23,887 nucleotides of DNA, taken from Armatimonadota bacterium. Its GTDB lineage: Bacteria > Armatimonadota > UBA5829 > DTLH01. Position 1 is the first letter of the stretch; the number at the start of each line of letters is the position of its first letter. Under the pieces are notes generated by a model. The model searched no databases. It was not told the DNA's origin and saw nothing but the letters and a program-made list of their open reading frames with translations. The position numbers were made by a program, and so were the translations under genes. Of this stretch, positions 1 to 8,824 are shown piece after piece. The stretch lies in the NCBI GenBank assembly GCA_038207085.1, contig JBBRAE010000039.1, positions 1 through 23,887 of the forward strand. Reading direction: 5' to 3'.

Positions 1-170
1 GCTGGGCTTATTCCTTTGAGAAATGTGCTGTACTCTAAATATTACCTGGCACCCCGGAACATTTCACGTAGACAAGCAGTCTGTAATAACGAGTTAATCT
101 CAAAAAAGAGTCTGCAACGCCGAACTTAAGCACACTAGTATTCCGATATTGAGAAAGGGGCGTATTCGCA

Positions 171-1043
171 ATGCGTAGGAAAGGCTTCACACTAATTGAG
201 CTATTGGTGGTTATCGCCATCATAGCTATTCTCGCAGCGATTCTGTTCCCTGCGTTTGTAGGCGCACGGGAAAAGGCTCGCCAGGCAAGCTGTATCAGCA
301 ACCTAAGCCAGCTTACCAAGTCTATGAAGATGTACCTCGATGATTGGCAGCAGAGGTATCCTGGTCCTGGAGTCCTGAACGAGATGGCCCTTTGGGGAGG
401 CAATGCAGGTGGCAACAGAAATGGCTCCTGGATGTGGTTCAAAGGTACTTGGACAAACACAGGTGGATTTTGGTACAACAACCCAGGACCTCCTCCTACA
501 GTGAAATGGACGTGGAGAGCTGAGCCTTCTTGGGGAAGCCTCTGGAGATACACCAACAAGGCGCGCAAGATCTATGTCTGCCCGTCAGACAAGCACTCCA
601 AAGTGGGCTGGTGGACAAATCAGGGGCTTTTTGCTCTAAGCTATGACGTGAACTCTTCACTGGTGGCGTCGGTTCCGAGCGATTACGGCGGTCGAGAGAA
701 TGTGGGAAGCGCCTTGGGTACTGCGTTTGACTCAGAGGTTGTCAGACCTACCAAGACCGTCATGTTTGCCGACCACGGTGACGGGTCTTTGAACAGGAAC
801 CCTACGTTTCTGGCCAAGACTGGTCTAACAGAGGTGCAGACACCGTGCTTTGATGGCATGTACAGATGGGGGCAGGAAGCGCCTACTCCCGTGCACACCG
901 GCGGGCAAAACTGGTCGTTCTGCGACGGTCATGTGAAGTGGCTGTCACTGAAGCAGTACCGAACGATTTCCTTCTTCAGAAGCGGAAACAAGCACAAGGA
1001 CACTGACTTCAGCAACCCGATGGTTGCGGATTACCTCAACTAG
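171..1043 (+). CDS. Prepilin-type N-terminal cleavage/methylation domain protein (DUF1559-like, C-terminal H-X9-DG motif)
   Basis: N-terminus [45 protein letters not shown]-terminal [16 protein letters not shown]; purine-rich RBS gagaaagggg upstream. Confidence 0.93.
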   Translation: MRRKGFTLIELLVVIAIIAILAAILFPAFVGAREKARQASCISNLSQLTKSMKMYLDDWQQRYPGPGVLNEMALWGGNAGGNRNGSWMWFKGTWTNTGGFWYNNPGPPPTVKWTWRAEPSWGSLWRYTNKARKIYVCPSDKHSKVGWWTNQGLFALSYDVNSSLVASVPSDYGGRENVGSALGTAFDSEVVRPTKTVMFADHGDGSLNRNPTFLAKTGLTEVQTPCFDGMYRWGQEAPTPVHTGGQNWSFCDGHVKWLSLKQYRTISFFRSGNKHKDTDFSNPMVADYLN

Positions 1044-1066
1044 TTAAACCATTAACTGAAAGACAC

Positions 1067-1101
1067 AAGGGCGCAGTTGATTATTCGGCTGCGCCCTTTT
1101 T
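1067..1101 (+). terminator. Rho-independent terminator
   Basis: aagggcgcag...ctgcgccctt stem running into a T-tract, just after the stop at 1043. Confidence 0.85.
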
Positions 1102-1149
1102 GGTTGTCTGGCCTTCACCTCGGGTATATACGGGCCGGAGGTGGAGGAA

Positions 1150-1869
1150 ATGAGGTTTGCGTTCTTGTTGGCTCTTGGAGTTGCTGCCTGTATCGTGTCG
1201 GGGTGCGGTGGAGGGTCTGGTTCGAGTTCAAGGCTGCCCGATGTGTCTACTGCGTTTCGGGTGCTGCCGCCGAGTGTGACGTTCGCCTATACCGGCACGG
1301 CGTCGATCAACGAGGGCGGCGCGTCGCGGAACGTGCGGGCGTCTGGGGCTGTCACCATTGGCAGGCCGGGGTTTATCGACCCGCGCACCAATACACCCGT
1401 CTTGCTCTACGCACAGACTTTCTCCGTCGACGGGCTAGAGTCGCTTGTTTACCGCGATTTTTTCTTCTCGCAGCCGACCGGCGCGGTCGTCGCGCACGGA
1501 AGCGAGGTCCTCGGAGTGGCGACGTTTGGTTTCACGCCCGAAGTGCTGCTGCCATCCGTGCTTGTCGTCGGCGACGAGTTCGGGGAGCAGTTCGAGCCTT
1601 ACCAGACGCTTACGGTGCTGCTTCGGGATACCCGCGTGATCCGCTCCGTGCCTATACGGGTCGCGGGTTCCCTGGTGGACGCGTTTGAGGTGTACACCCG
1701 GAGGCAGATCCCGTTTAGCCCGACGGTTTCACGCTACTTTAGCGAAACCTCGTGGTATGCTCCGGAGATAGCCGGCCCGGTGCCGCTCAAACAGAGAATT
1801 ACCTACCTGGCCGACGGCAAAGCAGTTACGCTGGAGCTTGAAATGGTAGGGATTCCCGTGCTTCCCTGA
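1150..1869 (+). CDS. Hypothetical lipoprotein
   Basis: ATG at 1150 after ggagg RBS; signal peptide MRFAFLLALGVAACIVSG-C followed by a GGGSGSSS linker; beta-rich body ending ETSWYAPEI. Confidence 0.75.
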   Translation: MRFAFLLALGVAACIVSGCGGGSGSSSRLPDVSTAFRVLPPSVTFAYTGTASINEGGASRNVRASGAVTIGRPGFIDPRTNTPVLLYAQTFSVDGLESLVYRDFFFSQPTGAVVAHGSEVLGVATFGFTPEVLLPSVLVVGDEFGEQFEPYQTLTVLLRDTRVIRSVPIRVAGSLVDAFEVYTRRQIPFSPTVSRYFSETSWYAPEIAGPVPLKQRITYLADGKAVTLELEMVGIPVLP

Positions 1870-2945
1870 AGTCCGATCTTGAGTCGCCAGAGCGCCACCA
1901 TCGTGTTTGCGACGTAGGTGTTGTCGACAAGGCCTGCAAACTGGTCCGCGTCGGGGCCGAAAGCGTAGAGAGCGACAGGTATAGCTGTGTGGCCGCCGGT
2001 CGACCACATGGGCTGAAGCGCGCCTGCCGCGTCGGTCAGAAGTGTCAGGCCGCCCGTTTCGTGGTCGGCGGTGACGATCACCAAAGTGTGTTTGTCGCGC
2101 CTGGCGAAATCAAGGGCGCGGGCGACGGCTTTGTCGAACTCGAGGGTATCACGGACAGTGTGGTCGAAGTCGTGGCCGTGCGCGTATTTGTCGATCATCC
2201 CGCCTTCGACCATCAGGAAGAAGCCGTCTTTGTCGGGCGACAAGAGCTCGATTGCCTTTGTGGTGAGGTCAGAAAGCGGTGGCTCTGGGGCCATCTCGGT
2301 GAGGTTGCCGGGGGCGAACAGGCCGATCACCCTGGGGCCGGACACCGTGCGCAGTTCGTCGCTGGTTGAGATTACTTTATAGCCTTTTGCAGCGGCTTCG
2401 GTGAGGAGGTTGCGATCGTCTGGCCTGGCGCTTGTCGGTTCGCCCTTGGGGATGAACTGCCCTCTGCCGCCGCCGAAAAGCACGTTTACGCCGGAGGAAG
2501 CGAGTTGTTCGGCGATTGCTGAGCCCTCGCTTCGGGCTTTGGCGTGTGAGGCGAAGCAGGCGGGGGTTGCGTCGACTACGGCGGTCGTTGTGACGATTCC
2601 GGTCGACTTGCCGAAGTCTCGGGCGGCTTCGACGATCGTCCGAAGCGTCTGCCCGGAAGGGGCGGTGGCGACCATGCCGTTGTTTGTCTTTGTGCCGGTT
2701 GCGTAAGCCGTTGCGGCGGCGGCTGAATCTGTGATGATGGCGTTTGCTGAGTAAGTGGTGACAAACCCTGAGACCGGCATCGAGTCCATCGCAAGCGTTG
2801 AGCCGGGGCCGGAGGACAACCGCGCCGCGGCAATGTGGGCGAGTCCCATGCCGTCGCCGATCATCAGGATTATGTTCCTAGGTGCGCCGATGGCGGACGC
2901 GGCAAGGGCGAGAACTAACAGAATGACTATCGCGTATTTGCGCAT
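1803..2945 (-). CDS. phoA: Alkaline phosphatase (PhoA family), secreted
   Basis: Signal peptide; motifs IGDGMG, TDSAAAATA (catalytic Ser), ATPA, VEGGMIDKYAH, TADHETGG, GGHT. Confidence 0.93.
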   Translation of the reverse strand: MRKYAIVILLVLALAASAIGAPRNIILMIGDGMGLAHIAAARLSSGPGSTLAMDSMPVSGFVTTYSANAIITDSAAAATAYATGTKTNNGMVATAPSGQTLRTIVEAARDFGKSTGIVTTTAVVDATPACFASHAKARSEGSAIAEQLASSGVNVLFGGGRGQFIPKGEPTSARPDDRNLLTEAAAKGYKVISTSDELRTVSGPRVIGLFAPGNLTEMAPEPPLSDLTTKAIELLSPDKDGFFLMVEGGMIDKYAHGHDFDHTVRDTLEFDKAVARALDFARRDKHTLVIVTADHETGGLTLLTDAAGALQPMWSTGGHTAIPVALYAFGPDADQFAGLVDNTYVANTMVALWRLKIGLQGSTGIPTISSSSVTALPSAR

Positions 2946-3175
2946 TTTTTGGTAAACCTCTCTTCGTTATCTACTCTGTAATACGCCTTCTGCTTAGTTA
3001 TTCCTCCCGCCGTTGGTTTTGTCGATGTGCTGTTCGGGCAACATATATTATAGAGGTCAATGCGGTTCCGCGAGAAATCATACCAAACACGCTCGCAGCG
3101 AAAATACAGCTGTCGTGTTTGTTATGATGGGAATAAAAATGGCAGAAGTCGCCATTTTCTGAGGAGGAGTATAGA

Positions 3176-3397
3176 ATGTCTTTCCAGGATCTGTCATTAA
3201 CCGCCAAGGTCAAGTCCGCGCTTGCCCAAGCCGATGACGTCAGCGCTATGGATATAGACGTTGACGTGAAAAACGGGATAGTTAGCCTGAGCGGCAATGT
3301 GAGCAGGCAGGAACACGACCGGGCGATAGAAGTTACGAGGGAAATTGATGGCATATCAAGCGTCGAGGACCATATGACGGTCAGCTCGAACGCTTAA
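3176..3397 (+). CDS. Single BON-domain protein
   Basis: DLSLTAKVKSAL..IDVDVKNGIVSLSGNV..REIDGISSVEDHM; strong gaggagg RBS. Confidence 0.88.
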   Translation: MSFQDLSLTAKVKSALAQADDVSAMDIDVDVKNGIVSLSGNVSRQEHDRAIEVTREIDGISSVEDHMTVSSNA

Positions 3398-3412
3398 TAA
3401 CTGGCCAGTTTC

Positions 3413-3446
3413 AAGCCGCCGTGGATGATTCTTCCGGCGGCTTTTT
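3413..3446 (+). terminator. Rho-independent terminator after the BON gene
   Basis: aagccgcc...ggcggctt stem followed by a T-run. Confidence 0.8.
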
Positions 3447-3474
3447 CGCATTTGGGGGACATTCGCTTATTTCG

Positions 3475-3503
3475 TTGACGTGGGGAATCTCTTTTGGTAC
3501 CAT
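3475..3503 (+). promoter_or_regulatory. Sigma70-type promoter upstream of the structured leader and GH130
   Basis: TTGACG (3475-3480), 17 bp spacer, TGn-TACCAT (3498-3503). Confidence 0.6.
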
Positions 3504-3526
3504 ATCAGGGTTAACTCTAAAGCAAA

Positions 3527-3648
3527 CTATGGATTTTCGGCAGATAGCTTTACGGTCAGCCACAGAGTATTCGAGCCGAAAATCTCTCTCGACTTTCGGG
3601 TTAAATACTCTGTGGATATACGTTAAGTCGTTGCCCGAAAGTCAATAG
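3527..3648 (+). other. Structured intergenic element: two 53-bp units in inverted orientation, each closed by a 10-bp stem (candidate ncRNA, leader or operator array)
   Basis: gattttcggc(3532-3541)/gccgaaaatc(3575-3584); gactttcggg(3591-3600)/cccgaaagtc(3634-3643); ccacagagtatt(3560-3571)/aatactctgtgg(3604-3615). Confidence 0.6.
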
Positions 3649-3661
3649 GTGTGCCCGTCTT

Positions 3662-4588
3662 ATGTTAGCCAAAAGATATTCCGGAAACCCTCTGCTTGTG
3701 CCTACCGACAACTGGTGGGAAAGCTCCGCTGTGTTCAACTGCGCCGTCGCCGAAAAGGACGGCAGGATTCATATGCTCTATCGCGCGGTCGGTATGGATA
3801 ACATCAGCCGACTGGGATACGCCTCAAGTGACGACGGCTTCTGCTTCAACCGTCACCCGTTTCCCGCCTATGAGCCGCCCGCAGGTGACGAGTGGGAGAG
3901 GCTCGGCGCGGAAGACCCCCGAATCACGGAGGTGGAAGGCACCTACTACGTTGTATACACCGGCGCGTCGATCTACTCGGCGATGGAATGCCGCCCGCCT
4001 ACCTTTGGGATTGGCCCGCCGTGGCGGTGCCGCGTGTCTATGATCTCGACCACAGACTTCAAGAACTACACCCGGCATGGGGTCATCCTCCCTGAGTTTG
4101 ATGACAAGGACGCGGTAATCTTCCCCGAGAAGATCGGCGGCAGATATGTGATGTATCATAGAATTTGGCCGGATATGTGGGTCTCATACTCGGACGACCT
4201 AGTCAACTGGTACGATCACAAGCCGCTGATGACGCCCGCCGTTGGGTCATGGGACAGCGATCGCATCGGCGCGGGGGCTCCTCCTATAAAGACCGAGCGG
4301 GGCTGGCTCAACTTCTACCACGGGACCGATCACAACCGCTGTTACAGGCTCGGGGTGTTTTACTCGGACCTTGAGGACCCGTCCAGGATCATCGGTCGTT
4401 CGGCTGAGCCGATTATGGACCCGGAGGAGGCGTTTGAGTGCATCGGCTGTGTGCCAAACGTCGTATTCACCTGCGGTGTGATCGAGCGCGACGACCATTT
4501 TCTTATCTACTACGGCGGAGCTGACAGCGCAATTGGGGTCGCGACGCTTGATAAGAAGGCGCTTGACGGGGTGAAACTCGTTCTGTGA
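3662..4588 (+). CDS. Glycoside hydrolase family 130 (beta-mannoside phosphorylase/hydrolase-like)
   Basis: Motifs WESSAVFN, MLYRAVG, GAEDPRIT, DKDAVIFPEKI, IGAGAPPIKT, VPNVVFTCG, IYYGGAD. Confidence 0.92.
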   Translation: MLAKRYSGNPLLVPTDNWWESSAVFNCAVAEKDGRIHMLYRAVGMDNISRLGYASSDDGFCFNRHPFPAYEPPAGDEWERLGAEDPRITEVEGTYYVVYTGASIYSAMECRPPTFGIGPPWRCRVSMISTTDFKNYTRHGVILPEFDDKDAVIFPEKIGGRYVMYHRIWPDMWVSYSDDLVNWYDHKPLMTPAVGSWDSDRIGAGAPPIKTERGWLNFYHGTDHNRCYRLGVFYSDLEDPSRIIGRSAEPIMDPEEAFECIGCVPNVVFTCGVIERDDHFLIYYGGADSAIGVATLDKKALDGVKLVL

Positions 4589-4600
4589 AATATTGCACAA
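4583..4600. promoter_or_regulatory. Rex-like operator
   Basis: CTGTGAAATATTGCACAA against the Rex consensus TTGTGAAnnnnTTCACAA (2 mismatches), 6 bp upstream of the -35. Confidence 0.7.
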
Positions 4601-4606
4601 ATGGGC

Positions 4607-4635
4607 TTGACGGCCTACCGAGTGTGGAGTATCAT
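4607..4635 (+). promoter_or_regulatory. Sigma70 promoter of the hdr-flx operon
   Basis: TTGACG (4607-4612), 17 bp spacer, TATCAT (4630-4635). Confidence 0.7.
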
Positions 4636-4736
4636 GTTGATAGAATTGTCGATGCCCAGGTTCGGGCGATAACTTGATCAGGTGGCGGGCGTTTGTCCTG
4701 CCTCTTGTTATGTTTGACTGGCTGAGAGCGATAGAT

Positions 4737-5309
4737 ATGAGTCACAAAACCGATGCTTGCTCCGGGGTTTCGATCTTTGGGGAGGAAACGAGCGCACAGT
4801 TTGCCGCCGAAATCGATGCGATGACGGGGCAGAAGGTCGCCAAGTGCTATCAGTGCGGTGAGTGCACCGCGGGATGCCCGGCGGCGTTTGCAATGGACTC
4901 CACGCCAAACCGCGTGATGCGGATGGTGCAGCTCGGGTGCGAGAAGCAGGTGCTATCGAGCTCGACGATCTGGCTTTGTGCTAGCTGCGAGACGTGTGCG
5001 ACTCGCTGCCCCAAGGGGTTGTCGGTTTCCAAGGTGATGGACGCATGCCGCGAGATAGCGGCGAAAAATGGCGTCAAGAGCAGTCAGCCGGATGTGCTCA
5101 CGTTCCACAAGCAGTTCCTCGGCGCGGTTGAGCGCGATGGTCGGATCCACGAGATGGGGATGCTCGCGCGCTACAAGATGATCTCGGGCAACCTGTTCAA
5201 CGACATGCCGCTCGGCGCGAAGATGTTCTTGAAGGGCAAGCTTTCGCTCTTGCCGACCAAGATCAAAGGCGTCGGCGAGGTCAAGAAGATTTTCAGAAAG
5301 ATGAAGTGA
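4737..5309 (+). CDS. hdrC: Heterodisulfide reductase subunit C
   Basis: CYQCGECTAGCP and WLCASCETCATRCP 4Fe-4S motifs; GRIHE; ATG at 4737 preferred over TTG at 4674. Confidence 0.92.
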   Translation: MSHKTDACSGVSIFGEETSAQFAAEIDAMTGQKVAKCYQCGECTAGCPAAFAMDSTPNRVMRMVQLGCEKQVLSSSTIWLCASCETCATRCPKGLSVSKVMDACREIAAKNGVKSSQPDVLTFHKQFLGAVERDGRIHEMGMLARYKMISGNLFNDMPLGAKMFLKGKLSLLPTKIKGVGEVKKIFRKMK

Positions 5310-5317
5310 TTCTCGTT

Positions 5318-5342
5318 CGTCCGGGATTGCAAATCCCGGACG
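5318..5342. repeat. REP-like palindrome in the hdrC-hdrB spacer
   Basis: cgtccgggatt-gca-aatcccggacg, a perfect 11-bp stem without a long U-tract. Confidence 0.65.
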
Positions 5343-5364
5343 CGGAATTTTCGGTCATTAGCAT

Positions 5365-6261
5365 ATGAAATATTCCTATTTCCCTGGTTGTTCGCTGCAT
5401 TCGACGGCGAAGGAGTTTGGAGACTCGACGATGGCGGTATGTCGGGCGCTTGGCATCGAGCTTGTGGAGATTCCGGACTGGAACTGCTGCGGGGCGACCT
5501 CCGCGCACAGTCTGAACCACGAGCTTTCGATCGCGCTTCCGGCCCGCAACTTAGGCCTTGCCGAAAAGCTTGGCGCGGATGTCGTCGCACCGTGCGCGGC
5601 GTGCTACAACCGGCTGCGCTCGGCTGAGGTCGAGATGAAAAAGGGTGGGGCGCTTGCCGAGAAGATCAACGCCGAGCTTGAGTCCAAGTTCACCGGAGCG
5701 ATCTCCGTCCGCCACCTCGCTGATCCGCTTTCTTCCCCTGAGGCGCTTGAAGAGCTTGCGCGCCAGGTGAAAAAGCCGCTTTCCGGGCTGAAACTCGCCG
5801 CTTACTACGGCTGCTTGATGGTCAGGCCGCCCAAGGTGCTCGGGTTCGATGACGCGGAGGACCCGCAGTCGCTTGATAACATCGTGCGGACGCTTGGGGC
5901 TGAATCTGTTGACTGGCACTACAAAAACGAGTGCTGCGGCGCGAGTTTTTCGCTTACCCGCGTCGATATCGTCCACAAAATGACCCGCGAGGTGCTTATC
6001 CGCGCGAAGAAGTCGGGTGCTGATGCTGTTGTCTGTGCGTGTCCCCTCTGCCAGGCGAACCTTGATATGCGGCAGGGTGAGATTGAGAAGATTTACGGCG
6101 AGAAGATTGGGCTGCCCATTTTCTATGTGACTGAACTGATGGCGCTTGCGATGGATTTGCCGGGGGTGAGTGGGTGGTTCGGGAAGCATATGGTGGATGT
6201 GTCGGGGGCAGTGAGTCGCATTGGTCAGGTCAAGCATGAAGAGTCTGCGCCGGTTGGCTAG
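5365..6261 (+). CDS. hdrB: Heterodisulfide reductase subunit B
   Basis: YFPGCS, WNCCGA, PCAACY, YYGCL, ECCGA, CPLCQANLD (two CCG domains). Confidence 0.95.
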   Translation: MKYSYFPGCSLHSTAKEFGDSTMAVCRALGIELVEIPDWNCCGATSAHSLNHELSIALPARNLGLAEKLGADVVAPCAACYNRLRSAEVEMKKGGALAEKINAELESKFTGAISVRHLADPLSSPEALEELARQVKKPLSGLKLAAYYGCLMVRPPKVLGFDDAEDPQSLDNIVRTLGAESVDWHYKNECCGASFSLTRVDIVHKMTREVLIRAKKSGADAVVCACPLCQANLDMRQGEIEKIYGEKIGLPIFYVTELMALAMDLPGVSGWFGKHMVDVSGAVSRIGQVKHEESAPVG

Positions 6262-6271
6262 TTTTTCTCCT

Positions 6272-6714
6272 GAATCGCGGAGGGGCGGAAGGAATGGAAA
6301 CGCGGAATTAACGTCTTCGGCAGAGTGGGCCGGGATTTGAAGAGGTTTTCTATCAACGTGCTCTTTATCGCGAACTGGTTGCCGAAGGGCTTGACGTTGC
6401 GCGCGAAGTGGACATCGAGGTTCGCTACAAAGATCTGAGTCTTGGCAAGAAGCGCGTTGATTTTGTTGTCGAGAAGTGTATGGCGGAGATCAAGGCAAAG
6501 GCCGGTCTTGCCGATGTTGATTTTGTGCAGGCGCTATCTTATCTGAAAGCATCGGGTTTTTAGGTGGGACTGCTTCTGAACTTTGGTGGCGTGAAACTGG
6601 TCGCTAGAAGGCTTGTGAACTCCGGCGGCACGGGGCCACGTGAGGATTAGTGACAGGTTGCTGCGGTTGCGGTATCCCTTCCGCGCTTCCGTGGGTTCCG
6701 CGTCTCCGCGATTC
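6272..6714. mobile_element. Inverted-repeat-flanked GxxExxY cassette in the hdrB-hdrA spacer
   Basis: 36-bp imperfect inverted repeats 6272-6307 and 6679-6714 (29/36 identical by eye), built of CGCGGA(A/G)-like units. Confidence 0.7.
6294..6650 (+). pseudogene. GxxExxY protein (PD-(D/E)XK nuclease-like) pseudogene
   Basis: Hand translation: GPGFEEVFYQRALYREL..REVDIEVRYKD..GKKRVDFVVEKCMAEIKA..VQALSYLKASGF*VGLLLNFG; in-frame TAA at 6309 and TAG at 6561; usual N-terminal helix missing. Confidence 0.85.
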
Positions 6715-6728
6715 GGGATATTTTGCTA

Positions 6729-6745
6729 GCTAACCGCTAACAGCT
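6729..6745. repeat. Heptamer repeat arm (GCTAACn) before hdrA
   Basis: gctaacc gctaaca gct. Confidence 0.55.
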
Positions 6746-6759
6746 CTTAAAGAGGAATT

Positions 6760-8763
6760 ATGGCAAGAATCGGAGTATTTGTGTGCCACTGCGGCACGAA
6801 CATATCTAAGACGGTGGATGTTGAGCGGGCTGCTCAAGCGGCGGGGGAATTTCCCGACGTCGTCTTCAGCACGAACTATAAGTATATGTGCTCCGAACCG
6901 GGCCAGAACCTGATCAAGGAGGCCATCAGGGAGCATAAGCTGGATCGTGTTGTCGTCGCCGCCTGCTCACCCCGGCTTCATGAGCCTACTTTTCAGCGAT
7001 GCATCGCATGCGCGGGGTTGAACCCGTATCTGGTCGAGATGGCGAATATTCGGGAGCACTGCTCCTGGGTGCATGAGGACAAGGTCGAGGCGACGGAGAA
7101 GGCGATCGATATTATCGCGATGCTTACGGCCAAAGCCAAGCGCGACGAGCCACTTTTCACCAAAGAGATTCCACTTACCAAGAAGGCTATGGTCATCGGC
7201 GGCGGCGTTGCGGGGATTCGGGCGGCGCTTGATATCGCTGAGGCTGGCTATAAAGTCACTCTGGTTGAGCGGACGCCTTCTATTGGTGGGCGGATGGCCC
7301 AGTATGACAAGACTTTCCCCACGCTTGACTGCGCGGCTTGTATTCTGACCCCTATGATGGTCGACTGCGCGAGCCATCCTAATATCGATATTTGGAGCTA
7401 CTCCGAGGTCGAGCAGGTGGATGGGTTCGTCGGCAACTTCAAGGTTAGAGTCCGAAAACGCGCGAAGAGTATTAAAGAAGAGCTTTGCACGGGGTGCGGC
7501 GTCTGCTGCGAGAAGTGTGTCGTTAAGGGGCTCGATAATCCGTTTGATGAGGGGCTCGGCAAGCGGAACGCTATGTATGTGCCGTTTCCGCAGGCCGTCC
7601 CGAACGTGCCGGTGCTCGACCGGGAGAACTGCCGACAGTTCACCAAGGGCAAGTGCGGCGTCTGCCAGAAGATGTGTCCGGCTGGGGCCGTCGACTACGA
7701 TCAGGAAGATGAGATTGTGACCGAAGAGGTCGGGGCGATTGTCGTTGCGACAGGGTTCAAGACCTGGGATCACTCCAAGCTCGGCGAATATGGCTACGGC
7801 AAGTATCCAGACGTTATCTCGGGGCTGCAGTTTGAGCGGCTGATGAATGCATCGGGGCCGACCGACGGCAAGATCAAGCGCCCGAGCGATGGCAAGGTGC
7901 CGGAGTCGGTCGTGTTTCTCTCATGCATTGGTTCAAGGGACCCGGAGCACGGTCATGCCTACTGTTCCAAGGTCTGCTGCATGTATAACGCCAAGCACGC
8001 GCTGCTCTTGAAAGACAAGCTGCACGACGCCAAGGCCTATGTGTTCTATATGGACATTCGGGCCAACGGCAAGGGCTACGAGGAGTTTGTCCAGAGAACA
8101 ATAGAGGACTACGGCGCGACTTATGTTCGTGGTCGAGTCAGTCGGATATTCCCTGAGGACGGTCAGATGGTCGTGCGCGGGGCCGATACGCTTCTGGGCA
8201 AGCCGATAGAGGTGCGGGCCGATTTGGTGGTTCTGGCGACGGCGATGGAGCCGCAGGACGACGCCAAAGAGCTTGCGCGGACGCTTGGGATATCGACCGA
8301 TCAGTATAACTGGTTCTCTGAGGCGCATCCGAAGCTGAAACCCGTCGAGTGCCTGAGCGCGGGGATCTACCTTGCGGGCGCTTGCCAGTATCCCAAAGAT
8401 ATTCCCGACACCGTCGCGCAGGCTTCGGGCGCGGCATCCAAGGTCGCGGGGCTTTTTGCCAAGGAGTGCCTGACATCAGAGCCGATGATCGCCTATATCA
8501 AGGATGACTCCTGCGTCGGCTGCGGGCTGTGCGCCGGGGTGTGTCCGTTCAGCGCAATCGAGCTTGTGGAGATCGTCGACCGGGCAAAATCGACCCGGGA
8601 AAACCAGGTGATGCGCACCGTCGCCAAGGTCAACGAAGGACTATGCCACGGCTGCGGGACCTGTGCCGCAGCGTGCCGGTCGCTTTCTGCCAAGCTTCGA
8701 GGCTTCGAGGACAGTCAGATCCTCGCTGAGATCGAGGCGCTTGCGAATATTAAGATAGGATAG
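6760..8763 (+). CDS. hdrA: Heterodisulfide reductase subunit A (FAD, electron-bifurcating)
   Basis: GVFVCHCG, YMCSEPGQ, AACSP, NIREHCSWVH, IGGGVAG, KTFPTLDC, YCSKVCC, inserted and C-terminal ferredoxin motifs. Confidence 0.97.
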   Translation: MARIGVFVCHCGTNISKTVDVERAAQAAGEFPDVVFSTNYKYMCSEPGQNLIKEAIREHKLDRVVVAACSPRLHEPTFQRCIACAGLNPYLVEMANIREHCSWVHEDKVEATEKAIDIIAMLTAKAKRDEPLFTKEIPLTKKAMVIGGGVAGIRAALDIAEAGYKVTLVERTPSIGGRMAQYDKTFPTLDCAACILTPMMVDCASHPNIDIWSYSEVEQVDGFVGNFKVRVRKRAKSIKEELCTGCGVCCEKCVVKGLDNPFDEGLGKRNAMYVPFPQAVPNVPVLDRENCRQFTKGKCGVCQKMCPAGAVDYDQEDEIVTEEVGAIVVATGFKTWDHSKLGEYGYGKYPDVISGLQFERLMNASGPTDGKIKRPSDGKVPESVVFLSCIGSRDPEHGHAYCSKVCCMYNAKHALLLKDKLHDAKAYVFYMDIRANGKGYEEFVQRTIEDYGATYVRGRVSRIFPEDGQMVVRGADTLLGKPIEVRADLVVLATAMEPQDDAKELARTLGISTDQYNWFSEAHPKLKPVECLSAGIYLAGACQYPKDIPDTVAQASGAASKVAGLFAKECLTSEPMIAYIKDDSCVGCGLCAGVCPFSAIELVEIVDRAKSTRENQVMRTVAKVNEGLCHGCGTCAAACRSLSAKLRGFEDSQILAEIEALANIKIG

Positions 8764-8823
8764 CCGTTAGCAGTTAGCTATTAGCTTTTAGCTGATGGCT
8801 GACGGCTGATAGCTGACAGCTAA
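8762..8823. repeat. Tandem-inverted heptamer repeat (AGCnnTT)x4 / (GCTGAYn)x4
   Basis: agccgtt agcagtt agctatt agctttt a gctgatg gctgacg gctgata gctgaca gctaa fills the hdrA-mvhD spacer. Confidence 0.88.
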
Positions 8824-8824
8824 T

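Noticed and set aside
3527..3648. 6S RNA, oriC or dif site
   Set aside because: There is no large central bubble, only one near-DnaA box (tgtggatat), and no XerC/XerD arm pair.
6561..6563. In-frame TAG in GxxExxY as pyrrolysine or recoding
   Set aside because: The gene also has an upstream in-frame TAA and lacks its N-terminus; TAG is a normal stop for several genes here; no pyl genes are seen.
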